From NCBI GenBank assembly GCA_965203555.1, contig CBDBCY010000004.1, forward strand, positions 1,536,001 to 1,600,000: a stretch of 64,000 bases of DNA. Reading direction: 5' to 3'. Origin of the DNA: Acidimicrobiia bacterium (GTDB taxonomy: Bacteria > Actinomycetota > Acidimicrobiia > Spongiisociales > ZC4RG35). The notes under the pieces are model-generated. The model had not been told where the DNA came from, ran no database searches, and was given only the letters and a program-made list of their open reading frames with translations. The first letter of the stretch is position 1, and every line of letters begins with the position of its first letter. Of the stretch, positions 38,072 through 45,196 are shown in pieces. The position numbers were made by a program, and so were the translations under genes.

Positions 38072-39189
38072 CGTCTACGCAACCTCGGATTGACGATCTC
38101 GTCCATCCCCCTTCCCACCAGAAAGAAAGCCGCGGACAGAAGAGTCACCGCCAAACCCGGCGGGATCGTGAGCCACCAGAAATCGGTCACCTGCAGCAGG
38201 TAACCCTGGGTCCTGGCCAGATTCATCATCAGGCCCCAAGAGGTGTCGGTGTTGAGAATCCCCAAGAAGGACAGGATCGCTTCGGATTGAATGGCGCCGG
38301 TGACGGTGAACATCATGTAGAGGACGCTGAGCGGCATCACGTTGGGAATCAGGTGATAGAAGATGATGTGACTTGCAGATCCCCCCGCCACCCGGGCAGC
38401 GTCGATGAACGGTTTGATCTTCACGGCCAGCGCCTGGGATTTGAGCACGATGGCCGTGCCGCCGAAGCCCGACAGTATGCCGATCACCACCGCCAGATGC
38501 CACAGTTGGAAGGTGAACAGCCCTCCGATCACGATCAGCAGGGCCACGCCGGGAATCATGATCAGCAGGTCGGCGAACCGCATCAGGGAAGCGTCCACGA
38601 TCCCCCCGAAATAGGCGGCCACCGATCCGATGGTGGTGCCGATCACCACCGTCACCACCGCCGCCAGGATTCCCAGGAAGAACGAGGCGCGCGCGCCGTG
38701 CATCAACTGGGACATTATGTCCCGTCCCAGGGGATCGGTCCCCAGCCAGTGCCGACCGTCGGGGGGGGCAGGCTGCAGGGGAAGGTCGAAGGTGTCGCCT
38801 ATTTGGAGAGTGTCGGGAATTCGCCCGTCCAATAACGCCGCGCGGCGATCTATCTCGGTGTTGGGATCGGATATACGCTCCACCATGGTCATCGTGCGGG
38901 TAGGGGGATCGAGTTCCAGGCCGGTGACCGGGTCATACACCGCCGGATTCCAGAACCCGGTGGCGAAGAACACGGTGGGCAGGGTCGCCATGATCGCCCA
39001 GAAGGCGATGATCACCAATCCAAAGACGCCCACCTTGTTGCGGCGAAAGATCCTCCAGTTCTCCCGGAAGGACCGTCGCATCAGGGCCAGGCGGATCTTC
39101 CACCAGGAATCCACATCCTGAACGATGGCTTCCGAGATGAAGGGATCCTCTGTGCGAGTCTCCTCCGGGGCGTTCATCATCTCAGCCAT
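38068..39189 (-). CDS. Oligopeptide ABC permease (OppC-type)
   Basis: HWLGTDPLGRD, FIDAARVAG, HLIPNV, EAILSFLG. Confidence 0.9.
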   Translation of the reverse strand: MAEMMNAPEETRTEDPFISEAIVQDVDSWWKIRLALMRRSFRENWRIFRRNKVGVFGLVIIAFWAIMATLPTVFFATGFWNPAVYDPVTGLELDPPTRTMTMVERISDPNTEIDRRAALLDGRIPDTLQIGDTFDLPLQPAPPDGRHWLGTDPLGRDIMSQLMHGARASFFLGILAAVVTVVIGTTIGSVAAYFGGIVDASLMRFADLLIMIPGVALLIVIGGLFTFQLWHLAVVIGILSGFGGTAIVLKSQALAVKIKPFIDAARVAGGSASHIIFYHLIPNVMPLSVLYMMFTVTGAIQSEAILSFLGILNTDTSWGLMMNLARTQGYLLQVTDFWWLTIPPGLAVTLLSAAFFLVGRGMDEIVNPRLRRR

Positions 39190-40360
39190 GCTCGGTCACC
39201 CGAATGCGAGGATCGAGCACCCCATAGAGCACGTCCACCACGAAATGCCCGATCAACGCCATTATCCCGATGAAGGAAAAAGCCCCCACCGCCAGGGGTA
39301 TGTCCTCACTCAGAACCGAGGAGATCAGAATCTCGCCCATGCCCGGCCAGGAGAAAACCGCTTCGGTGATGACTCCCCCGTCGATCACAGTCGCCACCGC
39401 CAGGACCAGGGAGGTCGCCACCGGTAAAAGCGCAGTCCGCGCCGCGTGGCGATCCCGGACAACTCCCTCCGGCAGGCCCTTGGCCCGGGCCGTGAGAATG
39501 TAGTCCTCCCGCAACGTCTCCAGCATGGAACTTCGGGTCAAAAGCATCACCCCTGCGAAGTTGATCAGGGTGAGAGTCAATACCGGAAGGATCATGTGAA
39601 AGCCGATGTCGCCGGCGTACACTCGCATATCCTGGCCAGATTCGGTGCCGAACCAGTAGAAGAGTATCCAGACCGCTCCCAGGGCAATCCCTCCCCACCG
39701 TAGGGCCCGTTCCAGCCGACGATTGTTGGTCCGATGCGATGCGAAACTTGCCGCGAATATCGCGATTGCGCCGATAAGAGTCACCCAGAAGAGACGCATG
39801 AACACCTGATTCGCTCCGAACGGGGCATCCCGCCACTGCTCGGGATCCAGGAACTTGGAGAGCGGCAGCAGACCCAACTGGACACTGAAGAACCAGATCA
39901 GCATCAGGGCGAAGAACGGCAGGAACATCGAATAGAGCCCTACCCCGGAAACCGTCACCAACATCTCGCCTCGATTCCCTCGGCGCCAGGCCAGATATTT
40001 GCCGGCCAGGAATCCGGCCCAGTAGTAGGTGACCAGCGCGGCCAGGAACAGGACCAGGGTGCGCGGGAGCCGCTCGCCGATGATCTCGACGACGGGCCGC
40101 GGGTATTGATTGAAGGAGACTCCCAGATCTCCTTGGAAGAAGTTGAACATGTAGTCGCGGAACTGGATGAGCACCGGTTTGTCCAGACCCAGTCGCTCCA
40201 GCGCCACTTCCCGGGCCTCGGGCGGGATGTTGGGGTTGCCGGCATACTTCAGCGCCACCGCATCGCCGGGAAGGATGTAGAGGAGGAACCATGTCACCGT
40301 CAGGAACACCAGAAACAGCAGCACCATCTGGATCAAACGGCGTGTCACATATCGGATCAC
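39182..40360 (-). CDS. Oligopeptide ABC permease (OppB-type)
   Basis: LPGD, GLDKP, GDLGVSF, RSSMLETLREDYILTARAKGL, EAVFSWPGMG. Confidence 0.92.
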   Translation of the reverse strand: MIRYVTRRLIQMVLLFLVFLTVTWFLLYILPGDAVALKYAGNPNIPPEAREVALERLGLDKPVLIQFRDYMFNFFQGDLGVSFNQYPRPVVEIIGERLPRTLVLFLAALVTYYWAGFLAGKYLAWRRGNRGEMLVTVSGVGLYSMFLPFFALMLIWFFSVQLGLLPLSKFLDPEQWRDAPFGANQVFMRLFWVTLIGAIAIFAASFASHRTNNRRLERALRWGGIALGAVWILFYWFGTESGQDMRVYAGDIGFHMILPVLTLTLINFAGVMLLTRSSMLETLREDYILTARAKGLPEGVVRDRHAARTALLPVATSLVLAVATVIDGGVITEAVFSWPGMGEILISSVLSEDIPLAVGAFSFIGIMALIGHFVVDVLYGVLDPRIRVTEHG

Positions 40361-40401
40361 GTTCCTATACCGTCAACTTCTCAGTCCCTCTTGCCAGAAC
40401 C

Positions 40402-40436
40402 GTGGGGAGCCGTCGCCGCAAGTGACGGCTCCCCAC
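40402..40436 (-). terminator. GC-rich hairpin between oppA and oppB (terminator or mRNA-stabilising stem)
   Basis: 13-bp perfect stem GTGGGGAGCCGTC / GACGGCTCCCCAC with a 9-nt loop, ~20 nt after the oppA stop. Confidence 0.7.
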
Positions 40437-40455
40437 AGTCGCGTTCGGTAGATGA

Positions 40456-42534
40456 TCAGCCGATCGTGACCACTCCCGTCAACGCTCCCACGGCTTGCAA
40501 ACCGTCGAGGATGCTCGTGTACGGGAAGTTGAGTTGGTTCGAGTATGCCTCGATCAACGGTGTGTTGAACAGCGTCACGTAAGGCAGATCCTCGGCAATC
40601 ATGGCATCGGCCTGGTGGATCAGATCACGCGCCTCTGCCAGGGTCTTGGCCCGATCGAACTGATCGGCCAACTCGTCGAAGGCGGGATTGGAGTATCCCG
40701 GCGTGTTGAATCCACCCAGGGCGGAGTCGTTCGCGGAGCGGAAGAAGTCGAAAACGTGATCCGGGAACGGAGTGAGTCCCCACCCCAGGATGTAGATGTC
40801 CCAGAGCAGCGGATCGCCCACGAAGACCTTGTCCACGATCACCGAGAACCCGGTGGGTTCGGCATTGAGCGGTATGCCCAGATCGGTGGCCCACTCCTCG
40901 ATGAAGAGCGAGTAGGTGGCCCTCATGGGGTCGTAACCGGGTCCGGGAGCGAGCAGGGTCAGGGGATCGATGGTCTCTCCGCCGGGACCCAGCAGGCCTT
41001 CACCCTTGGGGATCACGTCACGGTTGCCCTCGTCCCAGGCCGGCTCCACCTCCCAGGTCCAGCCGCCGTCCTTGAGGATCTGCACCGCCGATGCGACCCT
41101 CTCCTGTGAACTCTGGCCAGCGCACGGCGCGGTGATATCGGGGTTGTACCAATAGGCGTTGCCGGGTGGGACCAGCGAGTTGATCGAGTAGGCCGTGCCT
41201 CCCAGCACCGTGTTGGCCACGAAGTCCTTGTCGATCATGCAGGCCAGCGCCCGCCGGAAGGAGGCGTCGTTCATCGGGAACTTGCGAGTGTTGTAAGCGA
41301 GATACCTCATACCGTTCTGATCGTTGACCGCCACTTCGAGACTGGGCGCCGCCAGGATCTCGTTGCGCAGACCGGCCTGCAGACCGAGCGGGTTCAGCAG
41401 GAAGTCCACCTCGCCCTCGGTGAGCGCCAGCACCGCGGCGTTCTGATCGGTGTAGATCGAATAGAGACTCTCGGCGATGAACGGACCTTCGGTGTAGTCG
41501 GCAAGGACGTCACCGCCGGGTTCTCCACCCCAGGTTTCGGTGGCGCCGTCCTTGGTGTACTCCACAGCTCCCGAGCTGTAGACCGTGTACTGGCTACCGG
41601 AGTCCCAATAGGAATCGATTGCCACGTTGCGCCAGAATGCGCCCGGTTCCCACTCCGAGGAGTTGAAGGCGGAAGCGTTGGGAGCACCCAGTCCAGAGGC
41701 GGCGTAGAGCGTCTCGAAATCGTCGGACTCGTCGACGATCGGTCCCCAGAAAGCCTCCTGGAAGATGGAAGCCAGACCCACCGACAGCGGCCAGATGGCC
41801 AGCCCCGGCTCAAAGTTGAAGGTGATCTTGACTGTATGGTCGTCAAGGGCCTCCACCGACGAGACGCCCTGGGAGGATTCGTCGTCCTCGGTGTCGGGAT
41901 CGTCGTCACGGGCCAAAGGCCAGATGCTGGGGAAGTTGCCGCCCAGACCGTTGTACTTCTTGATGGTGTTGAAGGTGAACACCGCGTCGTTGGCCGTGAT
42001 GGGGGACCCGTCCGACCAGGTGATACCTGACAGCAGATTCACAGTGACGGAGAAACCGTCTCCGTCAGCCTCGACCTGGGGGGGGCTCGGGTCTGCCGCC
42101 AACACCGGCACCACCGTGTAGGTCGGACCCTGGTAGGTGTAGAGGGAAATCTGACCGGGAATCACATAGGTGTTCCAGATCTCTGCCTCGGTGTCGAGCG
42201 CCGCCCACGGGTTGTCGGTAGTGGGCGCCGAGAAGATACCCAGCCGGTAGGTGGCGCCCATCGGCATCTCCTCAGGTTCATCCATCTCCTCAGGCTCATC
42301 CATCTCCTCAGGCTCATCCATCTCCTCAGGCTCATCCATCTCCTCAGGCTCTTCCATCTCCTCGGGCTCTTCCATCTCCTCTGGAGCAGAGGTGGTTTCC
42401 GGAGCGGGCGCCTCGGTGGTCGCGGGGGCGTCCGTGGAAATGGTCTCGGTATCTTCGGCGCCGTCCCCACAGGCCGCCGCCACCAAAGCCAGTGCTGCCA
42501 TCAGACAAAGCAAACGTAAAGTTGTGGTTCTCAT
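40456..42534 (-). CDS. Peptide ABC substrate-binding lipoprotein (family 5)
   Basis: Lipobox VAAAC, WSDGSPITANDAVFT, FRRALACMIDK, YSNPAFDEL. Confidence 0.9.
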   Translation of the reverse strand: MRTTTLRLLCLMAALALVAAACGDGAEDTETISTDAPATTEAPAPETTSAPEEMEEPEEMEEPEEMDEPEEMDEPEEMDEPEEMDEPEEMPMGATYRLGIFSAPTTDNPWAALDTEAEIWNTYVIPGQISLYTYQGPTYTVVPVLAADPSPPQVEADGDGFSVTVNLLSGITWSDGSPITANDAVFTFNTIKKYNGLGGNFPSIWPLARDDDPDTEDDESSQGVSSVEALDDHTVKITFNFEPGLAIWPLSVGLASIFQEAFWGPIVDESDDFETLYAASGLGAPNASAFNSSEWEPGAFWRNVAIDSYWDSGSQYTVYSSGAVEYTKDGATETWGGEPGGDVLADYTEGPFIAESLYSIYTDQNAAVLALTEGEVDFLLNPLGLQAGLRNEILAAPSLEVAVNDQNGMRYLAYNTRKFPMNDASFRRALACMIDKDFVANTVLGGTAYSINSLVPPGNAYWYNPDITAPCAGQSSQERVASAVQILKDGGWTWEVEPAWDEGNRDVIPKGEGLLGPGGETIDPLTLLAPGPGYDPMRATYSLFIEEWATDLGIPLNAEPTGFSVIVDKVFVGDPLLWDIYILGWGLTPFPDHVFDFFRSANDSALGGFNTPGYSNPAFDELADQFDRAKTLAEARDLIHQADAMIAEDLPYVTLFNTPLIEAYSNQLNFPYTSILDGLQAVGALTGVVTIG
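42265..42381 (-). repeat. 18-bp in-frame tandem repeat (~6.5 copies) encoding EPEEM(D/E)
   Basis: Unit CATCTCCTCAGGCTC(A/T)TC repeated on the + strand. Confidence 0.9.
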
Positions 42535-42854
42535 GTTGGCGTCTCCTTTCTCAATCTGTTCGGATATTTCTTCTGTCAGTTCGGATCGTCCTATTTTGCT
42601 AAAGCAAAAGATAGCCGATTACCAGGCTAAATGTTCCCCGTAGGGGCAGTGGATATATCAATTGCCCATTTCTTCCAACGAATATACGCGGCCAAGGCCA
42701 ACCCTACGCGACCAACTCACTTTCCCCAAACACCTAAACGCAAGATCCTCCTGGTGATCGCTCCCGGCGGACCACTGTCGAAAAGAGGGGCTAACGCCAG
42801 ACGCGAGCAATGCTATCATTGATATCATTGTCGCGGATTAGCAAAGGAGAAGAC

Positions 42855-43097
42855 GTGGCCAGCATCACGGTCCGTAATCTCGATGAGAGTCTGGAGCGGC
42901 GACTCCGCATCCGGGCGGCCCAGAACGGGCATTCCATGGAGCAAGAGGCGAGAGAAATCCTAAGCGAGGCGTTGCGGAAACCTCTGACAGGCAAGGATCT
43001 GGTGGATGCAATTCGTTGGACTTTCGAGCCCCTCGGGGGGGTTGAGTTGGAACTGCCACCCCGCGGGCCCATGCGCGAACCGCCCACATTCGACTGA
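42855..43097 (+). CDS. FitA-like ribbon-helix-helix antitoxin, copy 1
   Basis: ASITVRNLDESLERRLRIRAAQNGHSMEQEAREIL; AAGGAG RBS; followed only by a stub of a PIN gene (IILDTN). Confidence 0.85.
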   Translation: MASITVRNLDESLERRLRIRAAQNGHSMEQEAREILSEALRKPLTGKDLVDAIRWTFEPLGGVELELPPRGPMREPPTFD

Positions 43098-43176
43098 GCC
43101 AGGGCACTGATCATCCTCGACACCAATCCGTTCGATCAAGCGGCGCATTGACTCCGATAGAGCAGGGAGAAGCAAT

Positions 43177-43422
43177 ATGGCCACCATCACAGTGCGCAAC
43201 CTGGACGAAGACCTGAAGCGACGACTCCGCATCCGGGCAGCCCGGAACGGCAACTCCATGGAACAGGAAACCCGGAACATTCTGAGAACGGCCCTCTACC
43301 AGGAACCCTTGACGGGTGCAGACTTGGTGAAAGCGATCCGTGCCCGATTCGAGCCCCTCGGCGGCGTTGAACTGGAGTTGCCGTCCCGCGAGCCCATGCG
43401 CGAGCCTCCCACATTCGATTGA
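43177..43422 (+). CDS. FitA-like ribbon-helix-helix antitoxin, copy 2
   Basis: MATITVRNLDEDLKRRLRIRAARNGNSMEQETRNIL. Confidence 0.88.
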   Translation: MATITVRNLDEDLKRRLRIRAARNGNSMEQETRNILRTALYQEPLTGADLVKAIRARFEPLGGVELELPSREPMREPPTFD

Positions 43423-43431
43423 GCCAGGGCA

Positions 43432-43866
43432 ATGATCATCCTCGACACCAATGTCGTATCCGAACTGACGCGTCCCGATCCGGATATCGGCGTTATCGAC
43501 TGGGTCACCCGGCAAGCACCTTCGAACTTGTACGTCTCGTCCATCAGCGAGGCCGAAATGCGTTACGGTGTCGAGATCATGCCAGCAGGCAAGCGCCGTG
43601 ACAGATTGCGCGCCGAGATCAAGGGAATGCTGCGGGAAGACTTTGCGGGGCGCATCCTTCCCTTCGACAGCAACGCCGCTCGATCCTATGCCGCAATAGC
43701 CGCCGACCGCCGCTCTGCCGGACGCCCCATAAACCAGGCCGACTGCCAGATCGCGGCGATCGCCCATTCGCTGGGAGCATGGCTCGCAACCCGAAACACA
43801 ACCGACTTCGCAGGATGCGGCATCGACGTGATCGATCCCTGGTCGGACACCCGGGTCAGGGACTAA
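43432..43866 (+). CDS. FitB/VapC PIN-domain toxin
   Basis: MIILDTNVVSEL, AEMRYG, ADCQIAAIA, LATRNTTDF. Confidence 0.92.
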   Translation: MIILDTNVVSELTRPDPDIGVIDWVTRQAPSNLYVSSISEAEMRYGVEIMPAGKRRDRLRAEIKGMLREDFAGRILPFDSNAARSYAAIAADRRSAGRPINQADCQIAAIAHSLGAWLATRNTTDFAGCGIDVIDPWSDTRVRD

Positions 43867-44054
43867 CCCGTGAGTCGCCACTCCTTCAACATCCCAACCC
43901 GGCCGGTTACAGATAGCGGGCGTGAAACACTATGCATAGTTCGCGTTCGGCCCGATGGTCGAGACGCAGTCCTACTGTGCACCCCACGTTTCAAAGCAGA
44001 TTCAAGGAACCGGAACAGGGCGTTTTCGGTCGGTCAATAGGCCCTCGGCACCTT

Positions 44055-44429
44055 TCAGCCCACGGCGGGAGCGGAAGGTCGGATCTCTCCCAGCAGGGGA
44101 ACAAGCCCCTCGACGGGATCCCGATAATACTTGAGATACTCCTCCGTACCGCGGCGGTGGGAGTAGGCGAGGCGTTCTCGTTCGCTCTCCGGGTAGCCAC
44201 ACTGGGTGATGATGTCATCCAGGGTTGAGGTCAGATAGTTGAATTTCACCCACCGATCCTCCTGCCGGTGATGAACCCAGAAAGTGGGATCATCGACATC
44301 GTAGGGACCAAACTTCTCCAAGTCATCCGCCCACCTGCTCACCAAAATGCGCTCTTCTTCACCGAGTGGGTAGGGAGGGCACTGGTGACCGGTCTCACCG
44401 TGTTTGGAACTGTCCATGGGAACCCACAT
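44055..44429 (-). CDS. Hypothetical protein directly downstream of the cassette array
   Basis: ~120-aa ORF with globular-looking composition; no recognised motif. Confidence 0.5.
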   Translation of the reverse strand: MWVPMDSSKHGETGHQCPPYPLGEEERILVSRWADDLEKFGPYDVDDPTFWVHHRQEDRWVKFNYLTSTLDDIITQCGYPESERERLAYSHRRGTEEYLKYYRDPVEGLVPLLGEIRPSAPAVG

Positions 44430-44813
44430 TAATCCGCCGCTCTGGATTCACTCCTCCCCATATCCCTGTTTGGCTATACCCGTTCCCGGGGTACCGCCCT
44501 GCCGGCGGGATCGACGGTGTGGAGGTCGGGCAGCATCCCCGCCGCCAAAGCCGCGAAACGGGTTCGGTTGGAGGGGCTGGCGATCAGGATGGCCGTCTGG
44601 GCAGGCTTCGGGTGGGTCGGCCCGTCACATGCAGGTCGGTCAGCGTCGTGGTCACGAGTGTCGCGAACGGGAGTTGCTGGTCTCTCATGATCAGGATGGC
44701 GGTCGTCTGGGTGCGCATCGGGTCTGCCGCCCGGTGGCGCACAGGTCGAAGAGACGGTCGGTTGCGATGATCCCGAACGGAAGTTGGCGGGTGAGGCTGA
44801 CCAGGATCGCCGA

Positions 44814-44825
44814 CCCCCCCCCCCC
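44814..44825 (-). repeat. Poly-G tract 3 (G12), selects among cassettes 5/6/7
   Basis: 12 C on the + strand, immediately 5' of cassette 5. Confidence 0.85.
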
Positions 44826-45067
44826 GGTCGGTTACCGGGGCATCACCCGGGTCTGCTGACCCGGTCCCATGGCGTGCAGGTCCGGAATCAGACCGGTCGC
44901 CATCACCCCGAAGATCGCCATGTTCGACGGCCCGGTCATCGCTATCGCCTGCGGGGAATAGCCCGGCTCGGCTGGTTGACTCCGGCGGCGCTGAGGTCCG
45001 GAAGGCAGGTTGTGGCAAGGGATCCGAAGATCGCCCGGTTGTTCGGGGAGGTGACGACGAACGCCGG

Positions 45068-45077
45068 CCCCCCCCCC
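45068..45077 (-). repeat. Poly-G tract 2 (G10), selects cassette 3, cassette 4 or read-through
   Basis: 10 C on the + strand, immediately 5' of cassette 3. Confidence 0.85.
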
Positions 45078-45196
45078 GGTTTATCGTGCCAGACTGCGTG
45101 GTATCACCCGCGTCTGCTGCGACCCCTTGATCGCCGCCAGGTCTGGCAGAGTCGTCGCGGCCAACGCCTGAAAGGTCATGTTCGAGGTCCCCGAGA

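Noticed and set aside
44584-45018. 144-aa minus-strand ORF as an independent gene
   Set aside because: It is the read-through linker frame plus cassette 6; its TTG start has no evident RBS.
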